64,000 nt of DNA from a virus (lineage: Duplodnaviria; Caudoviricetes), in IMG/VR virus record IMGVR_UViG_3300036958_000333, positions 192,001 through 256,000 of that record. One strand, 5' to 3'. The notes under the pieces are model-generated. The model made no database searches. It saw only the letters and a program-made list of their open reading frames with translations, and was not told the DNA's origin. The position numbers and the translations under genes are program-made. This document shows positions 1 through 8,947 of the stretch, one piece after another (positions within the stretch are counted from its first letter, which is position 1; each line of letters opens with the position of its first letter).

Positions 1-321
1 GGAAATGGAATGGTTATAACAACTCCAAATCATTCTGTATATAATGAAAATTATGAAACTTTTTATCCATATGAAAATGAAACATTAAGAATTCTTACTG
101 TTAATATACCAAATAAATTAATTGAAAATAAAAAGAAATCTTATAATTGGGATATTTATTTTATTAATTTAAATCTATTATCTAAAAATGATAGAAAAGT
201 TATAAAAATTGATTCTAAATATTCATCAAATGATGCTTGGGATATAGAATGTATTGATAATCATAATTTTATAGGTGGACAAAGAGAGCTTTTTGTATTG
301 CATAATACAAATAATTCTTAA
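1..321 (+). CDS. C-terminal end of a 5'-truncated protein ending in a Hint/intein domain with a 4-aa C-extein (TNNS)
   Basis: Frame is open from base 1. Intein block B-like VITTPNHS (TxxH), block F-like AWDIECIDNHNFIG, block G FVLHN|T, then NNS-stop. Confidence 0.7.
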   Translation, partial: GNGMVITTPNHSVYNENYETFYPYENETLRILTVNIPNKLIENKKKSYNWDIYFINLNLLSKNDRKVIKIDSKYSSNDAWDIECIDNHNFIGGQRELFVLHNTNNS

Positions 322-403
322 CATATAGATCTTATAAACAATAAGGCGAAAAATAGTTTTAAATAATAATCAATATTAAAATTAAAAATAAGAAAAGTAA
401 AAA

Positions 404-1666
404 ATGAATGAATTTGTACATATTCATTTACATACAGATTTTTCTTGCTTAGATGGATATTCTGATATAAAACAATATATTCAAAAAGCAAAAAAAAATA
501 ATATAAAATATTTTTCTGTTACAGATCATGGTAATTGCGCTTGTATTCCAAAATTAATACAAGAATGTAGGGAAAATGAAATAAAACCAATATTTGGATG
601 TGAATTTTATGTAAATAATTTTCATCATTTAGTTCCTAATTTTAAAAATTTATCTGATGAAGAAAAATATTTAGTAAAAAAGAACAATCATTTAATATTA
701 ATAGCTAAAAACGATATAGGTTATGAAAATCTAATAAAATTATCTTCTGAAAGTTGGATAAATGGATTTTATTATAAACCTAGAATATCACTTGATTTAA
801 TTAAAAAATATTCAGAAGGATTAATATGCACAACGGCATGTTTAGGATCAGAATTATCTCAATATATAATTAAAGAAAAATATAAAGAAGCAATAGATTT
901 AGTAAAAGAATACAAAGATATATTTGGAAAAGATTATTATTTAGAAATACAAATGATTAACATGAAAGAACAAGACGATGTCAATTCATATTTGATATCA
1001 TTATCAAATAAATTAGATATACCTTTGGTTCTAACTAATGATGTTCATTATTGTGAAAAGTCTGAATTTATTAATCAACAAATACTATTATTATTAAATT
1101 CTAAAGGAACAATAAGCAAGCCAGAAGGATTAGAGTTTCATACAAATCAGCTTTGGTATAAAACAATAGATGAATTAGACGAATTATGGGAAAATAATTA
1201 TAAATCAACTATACCTTTAGAAGAATATAAAGAATCAAAAATAAATACGGTAAAAATATGCGAAAAATGTAATGTTGTAATAGATACAAATCCAAAATTT
1301 CCAAAAATAGAAAATGCAGAAAACGAAATATCAGAAAGATGTATAACTGCAATGAAAAAGAAAGGGTTATATAAAAATAAAATATATCGAGATAGATTTT
1401 TAAAAGAATATGAGGTTATATTTTCTAAAAATTATTGTTCTTATTTTATGGTAGTAACAAAAATTATAGAATATGTTAAAAACGAATTAAAAGAACAAGT
1501 AGGTCCTGGAAGAGGAAGTTGTGGTGGAAGTTTGATATGTTATTTGTTAGGAATAACGCAAGTAGATCCAATTAAACATGAATTATTTTTCGAAAGATTT
1601 TTATCTAAAAGTCGCGGCGGTAAATTTGCAAAACTACAATTTGAAGAAAAAGACGAAATAATATGA
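404..1666 (+). CDS. dnaE: DNA polymerase III alpha-like, N-terminal fragment (PHP domain + first part of palm)
   Basis: PHP motifs HIHLHTDFS..DG, VTDHG, GCEFY, HLILIAKN..GY.NL, TACL, TNDVHY. Palm motifs VGPGRGSCGGSLICYLLGITQVDP and FERFL..R. Stops before PDIDxD. Confidence 0.95.
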   Translation: MNEFVHIHLHTDFSCLDGYSDIKQYIQKAKKNNIKYFSVTDHGNCACIPKLIQECRENEIKPIFGCEFYVNNFHHLVPNFKNLSDEEKYLVKKNNHLILIAKNDIGYENLIKLSSESWINGFYYKPRISLDLIKKYSEGLICTTACLGSELSQYIIKEKYKEAIDLVKEYKDIFGKDYYLEIQMINMKEQDDVNSYLISLSNKLDIPLVLTNDVHYCEKSEFINQQILLLLNSKGTISKPEGLEFHTNQLWYKTIDELDELWENNYKSTIPLEEYKESKINTVKICEKCNVVIDTNPKFPKIENAENEISERCITAMKKKGLYKNKIYRDRFLKEYEVIFSKNYCSYFMVVTKIIEYVKNELKEQVGPGRGSCGGSLICYLLGITQVDPIKHELFFERFLSKSRGGKFAKLQFEEKDEII

Positions 1667-2265
1667 AAACAATAATTGTACAAAACGATAATCCAATGGA
1701 CTGTTTAATATATATAATAGATAATTTTATAGAAAACAGTCCTATGTATATAGAAACAGATTTAAATAATATTGATGTTTCTAGTGATTTTTTTAACAAA
1801 TATAAATCAATGTTTAAATGGCATTTCAATGATTCTTTTAGATCTGTTTTGGTTAAAATGAAAAGACCTTTAACAAAATATGAGTTTTCATATTATAATA
1901 GAATATATGACTATTTCGGAGTAAATCAAGAAGAAATAATATCTAGAAATTTTAATAACATAATTTGTAATTGGGATTCTAAATCTGATTACAAAAATCA
2001 TCCAAAACCATGTTTTTTAACAGCAAAATTTATACAAGAAAAAGAATATATACATTTATCTATAACGTTCAGAACACGAGATATTATTAAAAGATTATAT
2101 CCAAACTGGATAGCGTTAAGAATTTTTTTTCAAAAAATATGTGATAAACATTGTAAAAAAATGGGAAAACTATTTGATTTTTCTAATCAAATAATCTGTG
2201 ATTCGAATAAAAGAAATCAAATAATGAATCTAGAAGAATATATAAATTATAAGCGACAGTATTAA
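1663..2265 (+). CDS. Divergent thymidylate synthase-fold protein (pyrimidine C5 methyl/hydroxymethyl transferase-like)
   Basis: YYNRI..YFGVNQ, W...D, catalytic PC, FRTRD (RSxD equivalent), YPNW (Asn specificity position). ATGA overlap with the dnaE-N stop. Confidence 0.65.
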   Translation: MKTIIVQNDNPMDCLIYIIDNFIENSPMYIETDLNNIDVSSDFFNKYKSMFKWHFNDSFRSVLVKMKRPLTKYEFSYYNRIYDYFGVNQEEIISRNFNNIICNWDSKSDYKNHPKPCFLTAKFIQEKEYIHLSITFRTRDIIKRLYPNWIALRIFFQKICDKHCKKMGKLFDFSNQIICDSNKRNQIMNLEEYINYKRQY

Positions 2266-2284
2266 TATCAATAATTATAAAAAT

Positions 2285-3223
2285 ATGGATAAATATAGGA
2301 AAATATATATAAACATTAATTCCAAATGTAACTATAATTGTATCGGTTGTTTAATGAGTAAAAATTATAGAAATAAACTTGATTTTATAAGTTTAGATAA
2401 TATAAAAAATATAATAGAAAATAAATTAAACAAATTGGTAAATGATAATTGTAAAAATATATATGAGATAAGTGGTGGAGAGCCGACTCTACATCCAAAT
2501 TTTAAAGAAATATCCAAATATATTCACGAAATACCAAATTCATATAAAACCGTTTTATTAACAAATGGAGATAAATTATCAGATAATAATTTTTCTAATG
2601 AAATATCAAAATATTTAGATGATTTTGTAATTTCTTTTTATTCTATAGATAAAAAACAACAAGATGAAATTACAAAAGTGAAAGGGTCTTGTTCAAATAA
2701 ATTAAAAGCTATAGAAAATATAATTCAATTAAATAAGAAAGTTCATATAAAAACAATAGTATCTGCCAAAACATATAAATCAATACCTGAAATAGCTGAA
2801 TTTTTTGGAAAATTATATGGTAATAAAATACATTTTACAATAAATTCAATACATTTGATTGGAGAAGCTTGGAATAATAAAAATAATCTTGCTATAAAAT
2901 ATACTGATTGTAGTCATTATATTGAAAAAGCAATAGATATAGCGTCATTATATAAAATGACTGTTAGTTTGTTTTTTCCTGCATGTATGATAGATCCAGC
3001 GTATTGGGAATTTCTTCCTATTAATTATGTAGAATCTATAAAAAGATCATATTCAATAACGCCAAATGGAGAATTAAATAAAGCTGGATTATTATTAGAT
3101 GAATTTATAAATAAAAACAAAACATGCAATGAATGTATAATTAAAGATAGGTGTAATTGGCCATGGGAAGAGTATATAAAAATATTTGGCGATAATGAAA
3201 TAATTAAAGGAGTAATAAAATAA
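2285..3223 (+). CDS. Radical SAM enzyme with C-terminal Cys cluster (HxsC/SPASM-like maturase type)
   Basis: CNYNCIGC (CxxxCxxC), SGGEPTLHP, LLTNG, C-terminal PAC...CNECIIKDRC. Confidence 0.9.
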   Translation: MDKYRKIYININSKCNYNCIGCLMSKNYRNKLDFISLDNIKNIIENKLNKLVNDNCKNIYEISGGEPTLHPNFKEISKYIHEIPNSYKTVLLTNGDKLSDNNFSNEISKYLDDFVISFYSIDKKQQDEITKVKGSCSNKLKAIENIIQLNKKVHIKTIVSAKTYKSIPEIAEFFGKLYGNKIHFTINSIHLIGEAWNNKNNLAIKYTDCSHYIEKAIDIASLYKMTVSLFFPACMIDPAYWEFLPINYVESIKRSYSITPNGELNKAGLLLDEFINKNKTCNECIIKDRCNWPWEEYIKIFGDNEIIKGVIK

Positions 3224-3224
3224 T

Positions 3225-3374
3225 ATGAATAATAATAAAAATAAAAAAAATAAAAATACAATCATGGTGTTTTCTAAAAAACGAAAATGTTTTATAAAAT
3301 TCGATGTAGTTCCAAATAAAATTAAAAAAGAGCTAATCGAAAATATTGGATGCAGTAATTCAGATTATGGTTAG
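3225..3374 (+). CDS. Unannotated 49-aa peptide MNNNKNKKNKNTIMVFSKKRKCFIKFDVVPNKIKKELIENIGCSNSDYG
   Basis: Hand-translated. ATG lies 1 nt after the rSAM stop and the ORF fills the gap to the next gene. Confidence 0.55.
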   Translation: MNNNKNKKNKNTIMVFSKKRKCFIKFDVVPNKIKKELIENIGCSNSDYG

Positions 3375-3386
3375 AAAGATATATAA

Positions 3387-4841
3387 ATGTTAAAAAAATG
3401 GATTTATGATAATTTATATGATTATAAAAAATCACAATTAACACCATCTAGATGTAATTTTAACTGGTTTAAAAAGAGAAATTTAGAAAACTATTATTAC
3501 AAAATAATAGAAAGTACTGGTTTTTTAGACAAAAATTCGGAATTAAAAGAAAGAATATATTATATAACTAATAATATCAATAAACAAATAACTTGTAAAA
3601 ATTGTGGAATTAATATAAAATATTATAGGAAATTCTGTTCTACAAAATGTTCAAGTAAATCTATAGAAGTTAGAAATAAAACCGCAAAAACGAATATGAA
3701 AAAATATGGAAATTCATGTTCTTTAAATAATGAAATTGTTAATTATAAAAAAAACAAAACATGGTTAAAAAAATATGGATGTAATCATATATTTCAAAAT
3801 GAAAAAATTAAATTAAAAATACAAAATACATTAAGAAAGAAACACAACAATGATTTAATAACAAACCAAGGACAAGTTCATTTAACAAAAGATATAATAG
3901 AGAAAATTAACAGTAAAGAATTTTTATATAATGAATATGTTATAAATAAAAAAACATATTCAGAAATAGCTAGGGATGTTGGAGTAAGCACAAGAACTAT
4001 ATGGCTACATGCAAAAAGTTTTAACATACAATCGAGAACAAGCTCGTTTAGATCATCTTATGAAAATGATATAATGAGCTTCATTCCTAGTAATTTTATA
4101 ATATTAAAGAATGTAAAAGACATAATACCACCATATGAACTAGATTTATATCTTCCTGATTATAAGTTAGCGATTGAATTTAACGGAATATATTGGCATT
4201 CACATAATAATGAAAAAAATAATGTAATAAATAGACATTATATAAAAACAAAACTATGTAAACGAAAAAATATTAAATTATTACATATATTTGAAAACGA
4301 ATGGATAAATAAAACAAAAAGACAGGTATGGAAATCAATAATTAATAATAAATTAAATAAAAATATATCATTAAATATTAATGATTGTAATATACAAGAT
4401 ATAAAAGATATAAATATTATAAATAATTTTATAAATGATAACAGCATAACATGTTTAGATAAATTTAATTTATGTGTTGGATTATATAATAATAATGAAC
4501 TATTGTCTATTTTATATGGATATTATAAAAATAACAAATTAATTTCTGATTTTTGTACTAAAAACAATCATTTTATAAAAAATTCAAAAAAAGCATTAAT
4601 TGATTTTTTTATACAAAAATATAAACCATATAAAATAATAACAAAAATAGATTTAAGATATAATGATATAACTGACTATGAAGAATTAAATATGAAATAT
4701 ATAAGATATGAAAAACCAACATTTATGTATATAAAAAATAATAAATTTTATGGCGAAAAAAATATAAATCCTATATTTGAAAATGAATATAGAAAAATAT
4801 GGAATTGTGGTAAAATTATTTTAGAATGGAGAAGTAATTAA
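3387..4841 (+). CDS. Putative free-standing homing endonuclease (PD-(D/E)XK type) with Zn-ribbon, KKYG repeats and HTH
   Basis: CKNC...FCSTKC, TNMKKYG/TWLKKYG repeats, HTH YSEIARDVGVSTRTI, nuclease core ELDLYLPDYKLAIEFNGIYWH. Confidence 0.7.
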   Translation: MLKKWIYDNLYDYKKSQLTPSRCNFNWFKKRNLENYYYKIIESTGFLDKNSELKERIYYITNNINKQITCKNCGINIKYYRKFCSTKCSSKSIEVRNKTAKTNMKKYGNSCSLNNEIVNYKKNKTWLKKYGCNHIFQNEKIKLKIQNTLRKKHNNDLITNQGQVHLTKDIIEKINSKEFLYNEYVINKKTYSEIARDVGVSTRTIWLHAKSFNIQSRTSSFRSSYENDIMSFIPSNFIILKNVKDIIPPYELDLYLPDYKLAIEFNGIYWHSHNNEKNNVINRHYIKTKLCKRKNIKLLHIFENEWINKTKRQVWKSIINNKLNKNISLNINDCNIQDIKDINIINNFINDNSITCLDKFNLCVGLYNNNELLSILYGYYKNNKLISDFCTKNNHFIKNSKKALIDFFIQKYKPYKIITKIDLRYNDITDYEELNMKYIRYEKPTFMYIKNNKFYGEKNINPIFENEYRKIWNCGKIILEWRSN

Positions 4842-4843
4842 AT

Positions 4844-5614
4844 ATGTCTAAAAAAGAAAGATTAGAAAACGATGGAGAAAAAAGAATTATTAATAAAACA
4901 GATCTTCGAACAGATACTGCGACAAAAAGAGTTTACATTCATAGGGATTATATCGCTCATGTATTAAGATATACTCATGTTGTTAAATGGTTTCAGAAAT
5001 TAAAAAACAGAAAAGACAATTTAAATATTTTAGATATGGGTTGTGGAAAAGAATTTCCTATATTAAGAATGTGTTATACTAATAAATTAAAACCACAATA
5101 TTATCTTGGTTTAGATATAAGAAAATTAAATTTTGATGAATTTCATAAAGAAATGAAACCTAATTTTGATTATGAATTTCAGCAATATGATTTTATTAAT
5201 CCTTTACCAAAATGTAAAAACGGAAATTGGGATTTTATTATATTTTTAGAAGTTTTAGAACATAATTCTAAAGAAGCAGGTATAAAAATATTAGAAAATA
5301 TTAAAAATATAATGAATCCAGATACAATATTTATTATGTCAACTCCATCATTTAATGGAAAAGCCGCTGAAAATCATATATATGAATGGGAATATCAAGA
5401 ATTAAAGCAAGAATTAGAAAAAACATTTATTATAGAAAATCATTATGGGACATTTGCGTCTCAAAAAGATATAGAAAATGTTATGTCTGATTGTGAAAAA
5501 GAAATATATGAAAAATTAAAAGATTATTATGATAGCAATTTCTTGTCTGCTGTTTTTGCACCAATTCACCCATATGCGTCTCGTAATTGTTTATGGAGAC
5601 TTAGATTAAAATAA
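4844..5614 (+). CDS. Class I SAM-dependent methyltransferase
   Basis: ILDMGCG motif I, YLGLDI, FLEVLEH, MSTP, HIYEW. Confidence 0.85.
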   Translation: MSKKERLENDGEKRIINKTDLRTDTATKRVYIHRDYIAHVLRYTHVVKWFQKLKNRKDNLNILDMGCGKEFPILRMCYTNKLKPQYYLGLDIRKLNFDEFHKEMKPNFDYEFQQYDFINPLPKCKNGNWDFIIFLEVLEHNSKEAGIKILENIKNIMNPDTIFIMSTPSFNGKAAENHIYEWEYQELKQELEKTFIIENHYGTFASQKDIENVMSDCEKEIYEKLKDYYDSNFLSAVFAPIHPYASRNCLWRLRLK

Positions 5615-5679
5615 ATCATATAAATCAATACCATTAAAATTTATAATAATATTTTATTATTAATATAATATATAATATT

Positions 5680-5925
5680 ATGATAGGAAGATCGTATTTT
5701 TGTGTAAGTTGTGGATATAAAAGTTCTAACTCTAATTCTTTAATTAAAGGAAAAGGAGGATGCTCCAGCTGTGGTAAATCTAATTATAAGTGCCCAAGAT
5801 GTGGAATGATTATGAAAATGAAAAAAATAGAAATACAAAATAATAATGTTTTTGAAAAAGCTATAAGCCCAAATATTGGAATAAAAGAAGGTTATTACGG
5901 TAATATTAGAATCAAAAGAGCATAA
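5680..5925 (+). CDS. Small Zn-ribbon protein (3 CxxC)
   Basis: CVSC, CSSC, CPRC. Confidence 0.7.
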   Translation: MIGRSYFCVSCGYKSSNSNSLIKGKGGCSSCGKSNYKCPRCGMIMKMKKIEIQNNNVFEKAISPNIGIKEGYYGNIRIKRA

Positions 5926-6091
5926 TATTATAGAATATAAGTACGTTTGTATTTTATGTTCTTATTCTTCTATAAATACAAGTAATCTTAAAAAAGTAGA
6001 ATGCAAAGAATGCAAAGATAAAAAAAACAATTTCAATTATCTTTGTCCATTGTGTCAATATCCTTTATTAAAATATAAATTAAAAAAATAA
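5897..6091 (+). CDS. Unannotated small Zn-ribbon paralog, non-ATG start (ACG or ATT)
   Basis: Hand translation ...YKYVCILCSYSSINTSNLKKVECKECKDKKNNFNYLCPLCQYPLL has the same CxxC layout as the upstream ORF. GAAGG lies just before ACG5897. Confidence 0.55.
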   Translation, partial: TVILESKEHNIIEYKYVCILCSYSSINTSNLKKVECKECKDKKNNFNYLCPLCQYPLLKYKLKK

Positions 6092-6152
6092 AGCGAATAT
6101 TTTAATTATATTAGAACTAGAAATGTAATTAATTGTATTTATAGGAATAATT

Positions 6153-7025
6153 ATGAAAGAAAAATTTCTTATAATAGATACCTATAACATGATTATAAGG
6201 TCTAAAAATTCAAAGGGAAAAACAATAGAATTATTTATAAAAACATTATATGATTCTATATTATTATTTAACCCAACAAGGGTTATTATGCCTATAGATG
6301 ATTATGTTGGAAATAGTTTTAGAAGAAAAATATTACCAACATATAAACAAAGAAATGATAAACAATTATTAAATCATAGTTTAGATTATAATTTTAAGAA
6401 AGAAAAATTTTCAATATTAAAAATTATAAAAACAATATTGCCAGTATATTTTTTGAAATATAAAGGATATGAAGCTGATGATATAATATCTATTATATGT
6501 AAAATAATTTCCGACAATATTGATATAATAATTTGGTCGAATGATCTAGACCTGGTTCAATTACAACAAAAATTTAACAATGTAAAGGTTTATGATCCAA
6601 AATCTAAAAGTTTCTTTAAAAGTCCTAAATATAATTTAGCTTATTATAAATCAATTATTGGAGATAAATCAGATAACATACCTGGAATTATAGAAATGAA
6701 TCATAAAATGGCAAAAAAAGCTTTAAGTTCATACAGCGAGTTTATAAGATTAATTGCAAGTGATCCAATAAAATATATAAAATATAAAAATAATTTAAAA
6801 ATAATAGATTTAATAAATAATAATCTTGAAATTCCAAGTAATTTAATATTTATATTAGAATCAAGTGTAAAATATCATCAAAAGGCATTTGAAAGAATAT
6901 TAAAGAACAATAAAATATATAGTATTATAAAACAAATTAATGAATATCATCAAGCTTTTTATTATTTAGAAAAATATAGTGAAATAAAAGGAGATAACTT
7001 TTTTAACAAAGGAGCTGGTAAATGA
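6153..7025 (+). CDS. 5'-3' exonuclease / T4 RNase H-like flap nuclease
   Basis: LIIDTYN, SFRRKILPTYK, YEADDII, SNDLDLVQL, GDKSDNIPGI. Confidence 0.92.
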   Translation: MKEKFLIIDTYNMIIRSKNSKGKTIELFIKTLYDSILLFNPTRVIMPIDDYVGNSFRRKILPTYKQRNDKQLLNHSLDYNFKKEKFSILKIIKTILPVYFLKYKGYEADDIISIICKIISDNIDIIIWSNDLDLVQLQQKFNNVKVYDPKSKSFFKSPKYNLAYYKSIIGDKSDNIPGIIEMNHKMAKKALSSYSEFIRLIASDPIKYIKYKNNLKIIDLINNNLEIPSNLIFILESSVKYHQKAFERILKNNKIYSIIKQINEYHQAFYYLEKYSEIKGDNFFNKGAGK

Positions 7026-7219
7026 ATGAAAGATGTCATGGAAAAAGAATTTTTATAGATGAAAATAATAATAAATATATTGGATTTAATAAAGATGATT
7101 TAGAATATGAAAGAGAAATATTAAAATCAATAATGAACAAAGAAGAAAATGTATTAATTAATTTATGGGCAATGAATAAAATAATATTGATAAATGATTT
7201 TATAGAAGAAAATCAATAA
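7022..7219 (+). CDS. Hypothetical protein
   Basis: ATGA-coupled to the exonuclease, with an AAGGAG SD upstream. Confidence 0.6.
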   Translation: MNERCHGKRIFIDENNNKYIGFNKDDLEYEREILKSIMNKEENVLINLWAMNKIILINDFIEENQ

Positions 7220-7220
7220 T

Positions 7221-8111
7221 ATGAACATTTATGTTAATACTGGCGGAGTAGAAGCTTTAATTATTACTGATAATTTAAAAAAATGGATAAAAAATACAGA
7301 TTATAATAATTCTGGATATGTTGATTTCAAGATATCTAAAGTATTTAAAAATATAGAATTTAATTATATTAGTATTTATAATTTTAATGAAATATTTAAA
7401 TCACTTGATTATAATAAAATATTTTGTTTTGGAAATAAAATTTATTTAAAATCGAAAAATAATTATTATTTAATAATAAGTTTGTCTAAATTTGGGTATT
7501 TTAGTGAAGATAAAAAGTCCAAACATTATATAATGTTTAAAATAAACGATGTTCCTTTATATTATAATGATATTTTATATTTTGCAGATACAATATCTTT
7601 TTTAAACAACGAAAACATTCCATATAATATGTATAGTCAAATTAAAAATTCTTTAGAATGGAGAGATGAAGATGCTGCATTTAAATTTACAAGAAAATGT
7701 AGAATGTCTGATAAAAGATTAAATCTACCAATATTTAGATGTATGATAAATAATAGAATTATACAGGGTATTAATGATATTTATGCAAGTGAATCATTAT
7801 TTGAATCAAAAATTCCTATAAATAAAAAGATAAAAGATTTACATGATAGAAAAATATTTGAAATAATATCAAAATGCCAAGAAATAATGAGAAAAAGCTA
7901 TATGTTAGGAGGATTTATAGAAAAAGGGCGCGAAAGTCTTGGGCCAAAAGGATATGGTAAAAAAATATTAAAAGTTTATGGAAAAAAAGGAAAACTATGT
8001 GAAAATTGTAAATCTGGAATTATACAATCAAAAAAAATTAAACTATCAAAAAACACTTTTATAAAAATGTATTATTGTCCAATTTGTCAATCGGAGAAAA
8101 ACAATGAATAA
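7221..8111 (+). CDS. Fpg/Nei (MutM-like) DNA glycosylase homolog lacking the catalytic N-terminal Pro-Glu
   Basis: H2TH-like IQGINDIYASESLF; Fpg Zn finger VYGKKGKLCENC...YYCPICQ. N-terminus is MNIYVNTGGVE rather than MPELPEVE. Confidence 0.8.
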   Translation: MNIYVNTGGVEALIITDNLKKWIKNTDYNNSGYVDFKISKVFKNIEFNYISIYNFNEIFKSLDYNKIFCFGNKIYLKSKNNYYLIISLSKFGYFSEDKKSKHYIMFKINDVPLYYNDILYFADTISFLNNENIPYNMYSQIKNSLEWRDEDAAFKFTRKCRMSDKRLNLPIFRCMINNRIIQGINDIYASESLFESKIPINKKIKDLHDRKIFEIISKCQEIMRKSYMLGGFIEKGRESLGPKGYGKKILKVYGKKGKLCENCKSGIIQSKKIKLSKNTFIKMYYCPICQSEKNNE

Positions 8112-8847
8112 AAAAATAAAAGATATGACTGTTGAAGAATATAAGGAATATAGACGAAAATATGCAAAAGAATACAATGAAAGAAAGAAAAAAGAAAAAG
8201 AAAAAAATCATCATGATAATGTAATAAAAAAATTAAAAGGAAAAGCAAAAAAACATTATATATCAGAAATGTCTTCTGAAGATGAAAAAAATATAAAAAA
8301 AATAGATGATAATAAATTTAATTTAATAAATTGGCCAAATGGAACTTTTTTTCCATTAAAGGTTCTTTATAATTCGGCAAATTTATATTTAGACTATACA
8401 GGATTTGATGCATTCATTGAAGTAACAGGATGTGTTGAAATAAGAGGAGAAGGAAAAGATAAAAAAATAATATTAGGAATAAATATAATAGTTATATCAG
8501 GAAGTTCAATTGGTCGATATTTTAAAACATATAATATTTGGGAAAAAGATATAACATACATGAAAGAAAATATAACATCTAAAAATTATTTCAAAGAATT
8601 ATTACCAATGACTCAAAAAGAATGTAGTGAAATAAAAAAAATGTCATTTGAAAAATTTATAACAACATGTATAGAATATTGCAATAAAGAAAAACAAGAA
8701 GCTGTTGATATAATATGGAGTTCTATAACGCCAGAATGTGAAAAAAAATATGGAATTACATTAGAAAAAATAAATTCTATTGCAGATGTAAAAGTAAATA
8801 AAAATAAAATAATTAAATATTCTAAAAAAATAAAGAGAAAAAAATAA
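8104..8847 (+). CDS. Hypothetical protein
   Basis: 247-aa ORF with a GGAG SD, in operon context. Confidence 0.7.
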   Translation: MNKKIKDMTVEEYKEYRRKYAKEYNERKKKEKEKNHHDNVIKKLKGKAKKHYISEMSSEDEKNIKKIDDNKFNLINWPNGTFFPLKVLYNSANLYLDYTGFDAFIEVTGCVEIRGEGKDKKIILGINIIVISGSSIGRYFKTYNIWEKDITYMKENITSKNYFKELLPMTQKECSEIKKMSFEKFITTCIEYCNKEKQEAVDIIWSSITPECEKKYGITLEKINSIADVKVNKNKIIKYSKKIKRKK

Positions 8848-8889
8848 TTATAATCCTTTTATTTATTATAATATATATTATAAAACTCA

Positions 8890-8930
8890 GCTGAACTAAA
8901 ATAAAATTGCGATTTCTGTTCAGCGAATCG
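8890..8930 (+). promoter_or_regulatory. Candidate 5'-UTR H-type pseudoknot next to the SD of ORF 8948
   Basis: GCTGAAC (8890-8896) pairs with GTTCAGC (8918-8924). Loop CGATTT (8910-8915) pairs with GAATCG (8925-8930). AAGGAG follows at 8936-8941. Confidence 0.45.
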
Positions 8931-8947
8931 GTTAAAAGGAGTAAAAT

